NCBI GenBank assembly: GCA_951406725.2
Contig: OX597822.1
Coordinates: 71,114,001-71,178,000 of the forward strand
DNA: 64,000 nt
Direction of reading: 5' to 3'
Source of the DNA: Octopus vulgaris
Taxonomy: Eukaryota
The position numbers were made by a program, and so were the translations under genes. The notes beneath the pieces were generated by a model, which searched no databases, had not been told where the DNA came from, and saw only the letters and a list, made by a program, of their open reading frames with translations. Positions 12,873-26,805 of this stretch are shown here, in pieces (within the stretch, counting starts at the first letter, position 1; each line of letters starts with the position of its first letter).

Positions 12873-13720
12873 TGTTAACTCATAATCTTTTGTTTTTAGT
12901 TTGTGTGGTTTTTATCTCTCTTATATGTGTGTGTATGTATGTATCTATCTATCTACATACATGCATACATATATATGTACACACACACACACAAACATAC
13001 ATGTCAGCAACCCTGAGTTCCAGAAGTGGTGTGTCCCACCCACACATAATAAAACTTTCACACAACCTACCCCAGCAAACCAAACTACATCACCCCTTTC
13101 CCAAACTGTGTCTCATCTCTTCCCCACATTACCTCGTCATACACTATGATTATCTTTCACTCCCCCATCCAGTCCTAGCTACCCAGCTCTCTGCATCATT
13201 GCTTCCCCCATCCCTTCCCCCTCTGTATACCCAGATTCTCACCAGTCACTGCATTCCCCAGCTCCACTCCTGTCTCCTGACTCATTGGCGGTACCCTGCC
13301 AGCACCTGTTACAATTCATCTCTCTCTTCCTTACTCTAACATCCCTTCTATACCCTGATCCCTGTTCCTTGCAAGTATACCCTTGGATTTGTCACTATCC
13401 CTTTCCTGCTCTTGCTGTCTCCTACTCTCTCCCCTCTTTCCCTTGCTCTCCCCTCTGGCTGAGTAATCATGTATCTCCTCTACAGCAACAAATCTGTTTC
13501 TGCCCTCATTCTTGATCACTCTCTCTCCTGCCATCCTTGATCCTAACCTCTGGTTAGGTAACCATATATCTCCTTTACAGCAGCACACCTCTTATTAATT
13601 TCCACTCTCTCTCTTGGTAACTGTTTCTGCCTTCATTCTTCATTCATATATATATTTCAGCTCATGAGCTGTGGCCATGCTAGGGCACCGCCATTTATAT
13701 ATATATATATATATATATAT

Positions 13721-13932
13721 TACAATATGTTACATTACTCGGTAGTCAAGATAAAACTCTGAGTTTCAGATGCCGAAGTGGAAATCCACAACACCATCTC
13801 TTCGGTTATCTGGCTATTTGAAAAACTTTTTTCAAATAGCCAGATAACCGAAGAGATGGTGTTGTGGATTTCCACTTCGGCATCTGAAACTCAGAGTTTT
13901 ATCTTGACTACCGAGTAATGTAACATATTGTA
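13721..13932. repeat. Perfect palindrome: 105 bp arms, 2 nt spacer
   Basis: 13721-13825 is the exact reverse complement of 13828-13932, checked base by base. Confidence 0.97.
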
Positions 13933-14000
13933 TAGATAAATTTCCTCTATTTACATAATATTGAGGTCTCTTTCTTTCTTTTGTTATCTTACCGTTTTAT

Positions 14001-14055
<55 letters not shown>

Positions 14056-14056
14056 C

Positions 14057-14101
<45 letters not shown>

Positions 14102-14104
<3 letters not shown>

Positions 14105-14270
14105 GAGGTGTGTTCAAAAAGCATCCAGCTTATTTTTTTCCCACCAAAATTCTTTGAGTGAAATCCTTTGTGTGGGAGGTCACCCCTCCTGAGCATGTGT
14201 GATACTTTTCGTGCCAACAGGTTCTGTCAGTATCTGGCTGTTATGCCTAGAGTACATGTATTGCACACAT
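14102..14270. mobile_element. Mariner-like terminal fragment
   Basis: tatgaggtgtgttcaaaaagcatcc resembles mariner TIRs of the TA-CGAGGTGTGTTCAAAAAGT type. Confidence 0.4.
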
Positions 14271-14380
14271 GTCAGATTTTCTTGTTTTATTTTCCCTTTC
14301 AAGCATGAAATTAAAAATATCTTTGTGGATTCTCCTTTTGTTATGTCTTTTCTTGTTTTTTCTCATACATAATCCTCATC

Positions 14381-14460
<80 letters not shown>

Positions 14461-14655
14461 CTCTCTCTCTCTCCATATATATATATATATAAATAATATA
14501 TATATCATATTATATATACATATATATATATCTATAAAATAATATGTTACAATTACTCAATAGTCAAGATAACATATTATTTTATAGATAAATTTCCTCT
14601 ACATACATAATATTGAGGTCTCTTTCTTTCTTTTGTTATCTTACCGTTTTTACCA

Positions 14656-14737
<82 letters not shown>

Positions 14738-14745
14738 ATATAATA

Positions 14746-14794
<49 letters not shown>

Positions 14795-14884
14795 TCCCAC
14801 CCAAAAGAACCGATAGAAAAACCTACAAAGAAAAGCCCATTTATAAAGTCCCACATACCATCAAAGACGAAACAATAAAGAGTA

Positions 14885-15408
14885 AGTAGACCTAGGAAGA
14901 TATGGAATGAGGTGTTGAAGCATGACCTTTGCATGTTGGGTCCCACAGAGGCAATGACTAGAGACTGAGGCCATTGGAAATATACTGTGATTGAGAAGAC
15001 CCAGTAATGGCCAATGCCACTGTTGCATAACTGGCTCATTTGAAAGTACCTTTGAATCGTCAGGCAATATGATGTGCTTGAGAAGACCTGTTGTGTCAAG
15101 TGAAATCCAAAGTGTAGTCATAGCCAATGTTGCTTGACTGGCACCCATACTGATGACACATAATAAGCACCATTTGAGCATGGATCGATGCTAGTACTCC
15201 CTGACTGGACCTTGTGCTGGTTGGACGTAAAAAGCAACCACTACACTCTTGGAGTGGTTGGCATTAGGAAGGGTATCCAGCTGTAGAAACCTTGCCAGAT
15301 CAGACTGGAGCTTGGTGCAGCCTACTGGCTTGCCAGTCCTCAGTAAAACAGTCCAACCCATGCCAGCATGGAAAACAGGCACTAAATGATGATGATGAGG
15401 ATGATGAT
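14885..15408 (+). mobile_element. RTE-clade LINE 3' end (ORF C-terminus, 3' UTR, (ATG)n tail)
   Basis: SRPRKIWNEVLKHDLCMLGPTEAMTRD*GHWKYTV matches the RTE C-terminal GRPxxxW...D...DRxxWR motif. Confidence 0.8.
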
Positions 15409-15431
15409 ACATACATACATATACATACATA

Positions 15432-15487
<56 letters not shown>

Positions 15488-15637
15488 ATAGATGTATACA
15501 CACACAGACACATATATATATATATATATATATATATCATCAATTGTTTGAAGTACAAAAAATTCATGCTACTGGCTCACTTGATTACTTCTGTTTCTTT
15601 ATTTTCTGAATGAATGAAAATTATTCTGGTCCAAATT

Positions 15638-16003
15638 TATTACCTCCACCTTAGTGAAGTCGGAGGTATCATTTTCAGCCATGTTTGATTGTTTCTTTGT
15701 TTGACTATCAACAAGATATCTCAAGAACTAATGGATGGAACTTTCAGTGATGTTTGGCCTCATGACTGGCATGAACTCATTAAATTTTGGTATCAATCCA
15801 GTATTGGACGAGGATTCTGGATTATTTTTTCTGGCTTTTTACTTAATTTTTGAGAGCAGTCAGGTTCATTTTTAGTATTCTTGTTTGTGAGAGCCGTCAA
15901 ATTTATTTCAGATATTCTCATTTTAAAAATCATCTCCGGCTAATCATTGAGATGACATTGGTGTTGCTTTGGCAGAGGTCTGCGTTCTCTGAGTGCTCTC
16001 GTA
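15638..16003 (+). mobile_element. Non-autonomous Helentron/Helitron2-type element (HINE-like)
   Basis: 5' ttattacctccacc...ggaggt hairpin, 3' subterminal inverted ggcagaggt, then the hairpin gcgttctctgagtgc. A second copy lies at 58297-58648. Confidence 0.65.
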
Positions 16004-16301
16004 ACTGTTTTACAACTTTAAAAAAAGCGATCTATGTCCACCTGGTCAAGGTAAATTTCCGTATAAGGTATTATCTAAATAAATTCATTCCTATGACCTA
16101 CTTAAATTATTTCTTTACAGCTTACTTTATGTAATATGCATATATCTATGTCTATATATATATATATATATATAGATATATACCACAAGAGTGGCTGTGT
16201 GGTAAGTAGCTCGCTTACCAACCACATGGTTCCGGGTTCAGTCCCACTGTGTGGCACCCTGGGTGAGTATCTTTGGTAGACGGAAACGGAAAGAAGCCTG
16301 T

Positions 16302-16302
<1 letters not shown>

Positions 16303-16369
<67 letters not shown>

Positions 16370-16458
16370 TATACATATATATATATACATATATATATAC
16401 ATATATATACATATATATATATACATATATATACATATATATATACATATATATATAC

Positions 16459-16489
<31 letters not shown>

Positions 16490-16569
16490 CATATGCATAT
16501 ATATATATATATACATATATACATATACATATACATATATATATACATATACATATATATATATACATA

Positions 16570-16654
<85 letters not shown>

Positions 16655-16664
16655 ATACATATAC

Positions 16665-16740
<76 letters not shown>
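16303..16740. repeat. Long interrupted (TA)n microsatellite
   Basis: Visible directly. Confidence 0.95.
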
Positions 16741-17059
16741 CATCATCATCATCATTTAGCGTCTGTTCGCCATGCTAGCATGGGTTGGACGGTTCAACTG
16801 GGGTCTGTGAAGCTGGAAGGCTTCATCAGGCCCAGTCAGATCTGGCAGTGTTTCTACGGCTGGATGCCCTTCCTAACGCCAACCACTCCGTGAGTGTAGT
16901 GGGTGCTTTTTACGTGCCACCTGCACAGGTGCCAGACAGAGCTGGCAAACGGCCACGAACGGATGGTGCTTTTACGTGTCACCGGCACGGGGCCAGGCAA
17001 GGCTGGCAACGGACACGAACGGATGGTGCTTTTACGTGCCACCAACACGGGGGCCAGAC

Positions 17060-17170
<111 letters not shown>

Positions 17171-17222
17171 CCCCAGCATGGCCACAGCTCATGGGCTGAA
17201 ACTAGAATCAATCAATCAATCA

Positions 17223-17340
<118 letters not shown>

Positions 17341-17347
17341 TACATAT

Positions 17348-19918
17348 GATTGATTGATTGATTGATTGATTCTAGTTTCAGCTCATGAGCTGTGGCCATG
17401 CTGGGGCACCGCCATTTGGTGTTGCTACTTGGTTTTACTTCACGAAAGCTTTTTAGCAACTGCCATTTGGTGCATGAGAGAGTTCGATGCGGCTGCCCTC
17501 ATCTGCACCTCCTGCCGTGAAGTTGGTTCATCTGGGACACCTGACAGGAAGAGATCCAGTTTCATTTTAAAGACATCTGCATCCACCCCATGCAGGTCTC
17601 TCAGGTTCTTCGGGAGGATATTGAAGAGCTGTGGGCCTCGGAAGCCCAGGCTATCACAGTATCTTGTCCTACATCTTGATGGCAAATTTGGAGTCCTAGG
17701 CACCACGCAGTGGCGCCCAGTTCTGGCATTTGTATAACTCTCGATGCCAAAGTTTGGGACACGTCCCTCCAGGATCTTCCAGATATATATTATGGCATAT
17801 CTTTCCCGCCTACGCTCCAAGGAATATAGTTTTAATCTCTTGAGTCTTTCCCCAGTAGCTTACATTCTGCATAGAGGCTATCTTCTTCGTGTAGCTACGC
17901 TGGATCGCCTCGAGCTCTGTGATCAACTTGACACTGGATGGTGACCATAACTGAGAGCAATAGTCAAAGTGGCTTAGGACAAGTGTCCTCCAGAGGACCA
18001 TCATGGTTTCTTGTTCTCTTGTTCTAAAGGTTCTGAGAATCCATCCGGCCAGTCGTCTACATTTCATTGCCAATTTAGCAACATGTACACGAAAGGTTGC
18101 GTCATCACTCATGTAAATACCCAGGTCATGCACTGATTGTGCCTCTGGGATTGCTATTCCTCCGGGTCCAGTGTATTCATTGGGTATTGCATTTAGTTTT
18201 GCATGCTGATAGTATAAAGCTTGAAACTTTTCAGCATTGAACTGCATGCTATTCTTTTCAGCCCACTTGTATATTTTGTCCAGCTCACATTGCAGGAGTT
18301 TAGTGTCCTCAGGGTTCTGTATTGCCTGTGAAACTTTTGTATCATCTGCATAACTTGTGATCGTGGCTCTCTGCGTGGCTGAGGGCATGTCTGAGAGGGC
18401 CATTATGAACAGTAGTGGTCCCAGAACAGTGCCCTGCGGAACACCGCTCACTATTTGCGTGTTAATGGAAGTGGCCCCATTGGCTACTACCACCTGACTT
18501 CTATCTTTCAGAAAGTCATGAAGCCATTCTCCCAGTTTTCCAACTATGTTGAGATCACGCAGTTTGTGACATATCATTCCATGATCGACTTTATCAAAGG
18601 CCTTTGCAAAGTCGAGATATATCACTTCCACATTTGAGTGGTTGAGCAGCCGTTTCAGCACCCAGTCATAGTGTTGTAGGAGCTGAGTTAAACAGCTTCT
18701 CCCTGGTCGGAAACCATGTTGGGTGTCGGGCAGCAAGTCATTTTCTTCAAGGAAGGTGATCAGTTTCCTTCTGACTATTCGTTCCATGACCTTGCTGATG
18801 TGTGAGGTCAGAGAGATAGGTCTGTAGTTCTTGGCCTCCGCTCTGCTACCTCCTTTATGAATGGGGCATATTTTACCTTCCTTCAGTTTTCTTGGAAGTT
18901 TGCCAGCTGCAAGGAAGCTCTGAAAGAAAAACTGCAGTGGTCTTGCTAGGACTCTCTTACATGCTTTTAGGAGGATTGCCGGGAATCCATCGGGGCCAGT
19001 AGCTGAGTCTGTTTTCATTTCATCTATAGCCTTTGTTATATCGTCTTCCTTTATATCAATGTAATCTATCGTCGCCGCCTCTGATTTTATATCTGCAGTG
19101 GTAAAGAAGTCAGTTGGATTGGTGATTTGGAGATGCCCAAGGGGTGGAGTGAAAACACTCTTGAATTGCTCATTCAGTATTTCACTTACCCTCATTGGTT
19201 TTCCTGTAAGTGTGCCATCCTTTTCAAGGAGTGGCCCTATTCTACAGTGCACCGTAGCTGTTTCTTTGGCATACCGGTAGAAAGCTCTGGGGTTAGATTT
19301 TATGTTGTCTATAGCCCAGGCTTCTTTGTCTGCTCTTTCCTTTTCATGGGAGAGTTGCAGACATTTTTCAATTTCCAACAGTTTTATTTTTAGGCGGGAC
19401 TTTTCACTGCTTTCAATCTGTTTGTTTAGGCGATTTGAAATTTTTGTACGCTGTCTCATTAAAATTTTCCTCTCTCTGGGGATTTTGTTCTTGTGTACAG
19501 TGGCCTTTCTCTCTGGGACACATTTGTAGCATATGGCTTGCATTACAGACATGAATTGTTGAAGTTTCACGTCGATGTCTGGCGAGGAGAGACATTTAGG
19601 CCAGTTTTGTTTGAGGATCTCTTTCTCAATTTGTTTCCAGTTTGCCTTATGGTAGTTCAAGCTGGAAAGATTCTGAGGGTTTCTTGTAGGCTGCATGTCC
19701 GTGCTCTCTTTTGGCCCGTACATGGTGAGCTCTACCATGTTGTGATCCGAGAGTAGTGTCGGTGTCACTTTCACATTATAGATGAGATCCATGTCATTTG
19801 TGAAGCAGAGATCCAGTGTGTTACCTGCCCTGGTTGGTTGGAGTATTACTTGCTCCATGTACAGGGTGTTGATGAGGTTCAGGAGGGACCTCGTCTGTCC
19901 TCGTTCACATCTTGTCAT
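17348..19918 (-). mobile_element. 5'-truncated CR1/L2-group LINE with (AATC)n tail
   Basis: ORF2 remnant, short 3' UTR and tail ctagaatcaatcaatc; both flanks are (TA)-rich microsatellite. Confidence 0.93.
17440..19918 (-). pseudogene. LINE ORF2: end of APE endonuclease plus complete reverse transcriptase, one frameshift near 17850
   Basis: Motifs PTRAGNTLDLCF, SDHNMV, GPDGFP, NYRPISLTS, QHGFRPGRSC, YLDFAKAFDKVDH, SGVPQGTVLGPLLF, YADD and DYCSQLWSP. The frame continues as SYWERLKRLKLYSLERRR if one G is removed from the G4 run at 17849-17852. Confidence 0.93.
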
Positions 19919-20569
19919 ATATACACATATATACATATATATACATATATATATACATATATATATACATATATACATACATACATATATATATATATAT
20001 ACGCACACTTCCATATACATATATAAAAAAGTATACAATAAGTATATATGGAAGTATATGGGGTATATTTGCGTGTGATCATATATATATATCATCATCA
20101 TCGTTTAACGTCCGTTTTCCGCGCTAGCACGGGTTGGACGGTTTCGACCGGGGTCTGGGGAGCTCGGGACTGCCCCAGGCTCCAATCTAGTCTGTCAGTG
20201 TTTCTACAGCTGGATGCCCTTCCTAACGCCAACCACTCCGCGAGTGTAGTGGGTGTTTTTTACGTGCCACCTGCACAGGTGCCAGAGGGGTCTGGCATCG
20301 GCCACGTTCGGATGGTGCTTTTTATGTGGGGGGGTGCAGAAATATAGGGGAGCACCAGTGGGGAGGGGTGGTTCAGAGAAATGATGACAGGTTCTAGGAA
20401 AGTAGAACGTAGGATATCGAGAGAGGGGTAATGCATGGTGAAATAGCGTATTGAAGAGGGGGTTCGAAGAGTAGACACCTATAATGGTGGTGGGAGAAGC
20501 GACATCCGGTATAGATGGAGCAAAATATAGAGATATCCGGTATTGGTGGTGGGGGTGGGCAGGGCGGGT

Positions 20570-20599
20570 GAAGATACGAAGTTTGATTTTAGACGAATG

Positions 20600-20631
<32 letters not shown>

Positions 20632-20858
20632 GAAATTAGATAGATAGAGAAATTTGATAAATAGTTAGACAGATAGAGAAACATAAATAAATGGTAACCG
20701 AAGTGAAAATTAAGCATTCAACTTATCTGCACTCAGGACTACAGCTTGTAGATGAATGAGAGAGTGAGAGAGAGAGAGAGAGAGAGAGAACATATGTGTA
20801 TTAGAGGGGACATACTTCAAGATGGCGCGAAGATACGAAGTTTGATTTTAGACGAATG

Positions 20859-20894
<36 letters not shown>

Positions 20895-21302
20895 GAAATT
20901 AGATAGATAGAGAAATTTGATAAATAGTTAGACAGATAGAGAAACATAAGAGGGAGTATCCGGTGTAGATGGTGAGAACAGTGTTCACCGGTATTGGTGG
21001 TGGGGGTGGGAGGGCAGGCGCACCGCGCATTGGGAGAAGATGAGGTTTTAGGCGGCAGAAAGAAGACAGGATTGAGATGAAATGCTTTGCGGTGTGTGAA
21101 TAAGTTTTTGTGAGTGAAAGTTTTTATGCTTCAGCTAGCATTTGAGACGAAAGACAACGATAACGCTATTAGATGGGGATACAATAATAATAAGGCTTGC
21201 AAAAACAATGAAAAGAGGAAACAGGTCAGGAACTTAGCTGATGTTTTTCATCCTGCGGTATTGGCTAAGCCTGTGGAAGCGAGTGAAGGTGAGATATATA
21301 CC

Positions 21303-21339
<37 letters not shown>

Positions 21340-21523
21340 TGAAAACAGAGGGAGAACCGGACACCACATAGCGAGAGAGAGAGAGAGAGAGAGAGACATA
21401 GTGACACCGCGCATTGGGAGAAGATGAGGTTTTAGGCGGCAGAAAGAAGACAGGATTGAGATGAAATGCTTTGCGGTGTGTGAATAAGTTTTTGTGAGTG
21501 AAAGTTTTTATGCTTCAGCTAGC

Positions 21524-21526
<3 letters not shown>
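20570..21526. repeat. Two pairs of near-perfect ~120 bp direct repeats
   Basis: 20570-20686 closely matches 20829-20949; 21021-21142 equals 21405-21526. Confidence 0.9.
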
Positions 21527-21554
<28 letters not shown>

Positions 21555-21557
<3 letters not shown>

Positions 21558-21940
21558 CATAAGAGTGGCTGTGTGGTAAGTAGCTTGCTTACGAACCACA
21601 TGGTTCCGGGTTCAGTCCCACTGATGGCACCTTGGGCAAGTGTCTTCTACTATAGTCTTGGGCCAACCAAAGCCTTGTGAGTGGATTTAGTAGACGGAAA
21701 CTGAAAGAAGCCCATCGTATATATGTATATATATATATATGTATGTGTGTGTATATGTTTGTGTGTCTGTGTTTGTCCCCACAACATTGCTTGGTGTGTT
21801 TATGTCTCTGTAACCTAGCGGTTCAGCAAAAGAGACCGATATAATAAGTAGTAGGCTTACAAAGAAGTCCTCAGATCGATTTTCTCGACTAAAGGCAGTG
21901 CTCCAGCATGGTCATAGTCAAATGACTGAAACAAGTAAAA
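21555..21940 (+). mobile_element. SINE family A
   Basis: Full match to family A. Confidence 0.85.
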
Positions 21941-22599
21941 GTGTAAAGATATATATATATATATGTATATATGTTTATATATATGTATATATATGAATAT
22001 TAATATATGTATATATATATATAAATAAATATGTCCGTGTATATACACACACATATATATATGCATACATACATATGTACATACACACATACATATATTT
22101 ATACACACACGCACATATACACATACACACATACATGCGCACATACATACACATCAACGTAAATGTTGTAGATGCGCTTTAGGCTTGAAAACTCAAAGTT
22201 ATTTTAAAGGAACACGCATTCCTGTTTTTCCACATGAAAGAATGTGGGTGTATGTATTCGTGCAACTGCATACACACTCCCATACATGCATACACACTCC
22301 CACACACGCATACACACTCCCACACACAGCATGCATGCATGCGTACGAAGAGGAAAAATTTAAGTAAAAGACGCTGAGTTACAGTCGTAAAATTTGTGCA
22401 CAATTCACATACACATATACACACGTATGCTCATGCATACACATACACTTAAGCCCACACTTGTGCACAAAAGGTAGACTTTGTAGAAACACACGGAAAC
22501 AGAAACGCAATCAGTTAAATATTTAGAAATGAGACAAATTTTTATTGAAACACATGAATTATAAATATATTTAGATCTATCTTCCTGTCAGTCTGTCTG

Positions 22600-22620
22600 T
22601 CTGCACACCTACCTACTTGC

Positions 22621-22659
<39 letters not shown>

Positions 22660-22881
22660 CTTGTCTGTCTATCTATCTATCTATATACTTATATATACTA
22701 TATATAAAGTAAATACACATATATATACATATGCATTATATATATATTATATACACTATATATCTATATATATACATACACATATATATATATACATACA
22801 TATACATACATACATACATATATACATATACAAATACATTTATTATATATATGTATGCATACATATATGTATATATATATG

Positions 22882-22928
<47 letters not shown>

Positions 22929-23503
22929 TTGTATGTGTGTACGTATGTATGTATGTATTATGTATGTGTCTATCTCTCTATATATGTGTATGTAGATATA
23001 TGTGTGTGTGTGTGTGTATATATATATGTGTGTGTCCGTGTGTTTGTGTGTGTGTGTGCATGTATGTGTATGTGTGTGTGTGTGTGCACATGAGCTGCTT
23101 CTGATGTATGTCGGAAGTGTCTTCTTATCGAAGTTCTTACCGTTGTGTAAGTTCTGCCTTGAGACAGTTTGCAGTGCCAATCATGGAATTGGTCAGCAGA
23201 GTGTAGAACAGATGGCTTCCAGCATGCAAACACTGTACAACTATCTTTTATGACCTTCTTTTCATCTTTTCCACTCTCTGATGTAATTTACTCTCAGGAA
23301 GAATTTCTTTCTTTCCTTTTCAACCCCAGTCTTAGACACCACGCACACGTATACTATACGTACACACATACATTTGACATAAATACATGTGAATGTATGT
23401 GTGCATATGTGGGTGTTAAGACACACACATACACAGACACACACACACACAAACACACACATATATACGTACGTACATATACATATATATGTTTATATAA
23501 ATT

Positions 23504-23571
<68 letters not shown>

Positions 23572-24088
23572 TGCATGTACATGTATATATAGATATATCT
23601 GAATGTGTATATATATATATATATATATATAAATATATATATACATACATGTATGTATGCATGTGTGAATGTATGTATGTATATATATATCTATATATGT
23701 ATATATACATATATCTATCTATATATATATATACATATGTATACATACATATACACATATATAGATGTATACATATATATATATACACACACATATAATA
23801 TACATATACACATATACATATGTATTCATATCTATCAATATATATATATAGATATATATATATATATGTATATATACATACACACATACATGCATATATA
23901 TGAGTATATACATGTTTTTGTGTGTGTGTGTGTATAAATATATATATAAGGACAGAGAGAGAGAGAGCGACACAAACACACACACACTCATACACATTTG
24001 TACGCTCACATATCCATTCACACATTCATATCGACAATCACACGCCTACACAAACCCACGCTCTGACACACATACATATAAGACATAA

Positions 24089-24133
<45 letters not shown>

Positions 24134-24135
24134 CC
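22600..24135. repeat. Compound microsatellite field (TATC/TA/TG/CA)
   Basis: Visible directly. Confidence 0.9.
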
Positions 24136-24938
24136 ACACAAGCACGTATGTCTTTATACTACTATCAGATAAATCCTACCATGGCGCTGCCATTTTACAC
24201 TTCACCAAATTTCATTGTCTTAAGTAATACAACAATAGTTTTACTTATAAAACAACTTCAGAAGCAAAACAACTGCTCACCTCACTAGGTTTCATTTTTG
24301 CTTTTCTCTCATTCTTTTTGTTTGTCTTTTTTGTTGTTGTTGCTGCTGTTGTTGTTGTTGTTGTTGTTATTTCCCTGGTCACAGACCTTATTGTTGTTTT
24401 CCCTTGCCACTACCTAGCTGCATTAATTATTTCAAAGTAATCTCAACTCCTCTTCTGTCCTCTCCTTTCACCTCCTCCTCTTCATCTTTGTGGTCTATAA
24501 ATTCCTCTCCTTCTGCAGAACTCCCCCCCCCCCTCTTTATTCATTTACTTCTAATCATTACTCGCAAAATCTGCTTTTATTTCTTCTTGTCGCTATTATT
24601 GTTGTTGTTGTTATTAGTTTTTATTAGTTTATCGTCATCGTCATCATCATCATCATCGTCATCATTATCATCTTCATCTTCTTTTTCTTTCTATTCTTTT
24701 TCTTGTTGTTGTTGTAGTTCTTCTTCTTCTTCTTCTTGTCCTTGTTGGTGGTTTTATTGTTGTTTCTGCTTTGTAAAGACTAAAGTCAATTAGCTTGAAT
24801 GTCATAGCCCAGTGGTAAGTTCCTAGTGAGATGACATCGTGGCATCAGTTCAATTTCTTAGTTTTGCCATTCTATTGACCAAATTTTTGCATTGTAAAAT
24901 CATGAATAACAGAATTTTTCAAGACATATTATGTATAT

Positions 24939-26008
24939 CAGTGCTTCTCAAACTACTTGATGTGGCGTTCCAGCAGTTTTTTCTTCCAATATGCCAGGGA
25001 CCGGTAATATTTCTTAGAAATAGGGATGTGAGCTGGCAGAATCGTTAGCACACTGGGCGAACTGCCTAGCGGTATTTCATCTGCCATTATGCTCTGAGTT
25101 CAAATTCTGCTGGGGTTGACTTTGTCTTTCATCTTTTCAGGGATCGATAAAATAAGTAACAGTTACGCACTGGGGTCAATGTAATTGACTTAATCCCTTT
25201 GTCTGTCCTTGTTTGTCCCCTCTATGTTTAGCCCCCTGTGGACAATAAAGAAATAAATGTATCTTAGTAATATTAATTTATATCAGAAACAATATATATA
25301 ATGAGTATAATAAAAGTTTTTTAATTTTATATTTATTTTGTAAACAAATAATCTTTTCTACTCTAGGCACAAGGCCTGAAATTTTGGGGAAGGGGGCCAG
25401 TTAATTAGATCAAACTCAGTATGCAACTGGTACTTAATTTACCAAGCCCAAAAGGATGATAGGGCAAGTCAACCATGGAGGAATTTGAACTCAGAATGTA
25501 AAGACAGACAAAATACCACTAAGGATTTCAGCCAATGTGCTAATGCTTCTGCCAGCTTGCCGCCTTAAAAACTTATTCATTTCTACTCTAGGCACAAGGT
25601 CTGAAATTTGGCGGGAGAGGGCCAGTCAATTAGACTGACCCCAGCACACAACTGGTACTTAATTTATCAATCCTGGAAGGATGAAAGGCAAAGTCGACCT
25701 TGGCAGAATTTGAACTCAGAACGTCAAGACAGATGAAATACCGCTAAGCATTCCACCCAGTGTGCTAACATTTCCGCCAGCTCACTGCCTTATTTTGTAA
25801 ACAAACATTACAATATTACATAAGCTGATAAGTTGTTTACTGCATTACATAAGGTGAAATTACTGAAATTAAATTTATATATGAATTAAATGTCTGAGAC
25901 AAGTTGTTGTTAATAAGATTATAATTTTTCAAACTATTGTTTTTTTCTTTTCTGGAAACTTGCTGCATACTGGTGCCAGTCTGTGAGCCACAACTTTGAG
26001 TAGCATTG
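24939..26008. mobile_element. hAT MITE with three nested family D SINEs (25028-25255 +, 25352-25566 -, 25578-25792 -)
   Basis: TIRs cagtgcttctcaaa and tttgagtagcattg; 8 bp flanks atgtatat/gtgtatag match at 6 of 8 positions. Confidence 0.75.
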
Positions 26009-26079
26009 GTGTATAGCACTAACATATACAAATTAATTATCTTTTATAAATTAATTATCTTTTACTGGGGCACTGCCTT

Positions 26080-26490
26080 ACTTTATCCTTTATCTTTTAC
26101 TGGAGCTCTGCCTTGAAGAATTTTTAGCTGAATGATTTGACCCCTGTACTTATTATTTAAGCCAGGTATTTACTCTATTGGTCACTTTTTGCTGAACCAC
26201 TAAGTTTTGGGGACATAAACATACCAACACCAGTTGTCAAGTGGTGAGGAGGGACAAACAGTGACACAAAGACACATACATACACATGCATGTGCACACA
26301 CACACAAACACACACACATATATTTTGACAGGCTTCTTTCAGTTTCCATCAACTATATCAATTCAAAGGCTCTGGTTGACTTGAGGCTATAATAGAAAAC
26401 ACTTTCTGAAGGTGCCATGCAGTGGGACTGAACCCAGAGCTATATGGTTTGGAAGCAAGCTTCTTACCACACAGCTACACTTGTGCCTAT
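26080..26490 (-). mobile_element. SINE family A, older copy
   Basis: Diverged reverse-complement match to family A. Confidence 0.75.
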
Positions 26491-26763
26491 TGCCAATTAT
26501 GTTAGAAAATTGAGTTGATCAACCAATTTGTTCTGTTTTACATATGTTTTACCGTTTCCAGTAAAGGAATTTTCATTCCAGTTATCTTTGAAAGTTCAGT
26601 GCCAGTGGGTGATTTATGAACAGGGTAATGTTAAAAATCATTAGAACACCATGGTACAAAATGCAGAATGTAAGCATTCACACAGACACACTCACACACA
26701 TGTGCACATGTACATACACAAATACATACATACAAACAAAGATACATATATGTATATATATGC

Positions 26764-26805
<42 letters not shown>

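Noticed and set aside
19919-20101. N-terminal ~60 aa of the 763 aa ORF
   Set aside because: This is read-through into flanking TA-rich sequence. The LINE is 5'-truncated at about 19918 and has no genuine start.
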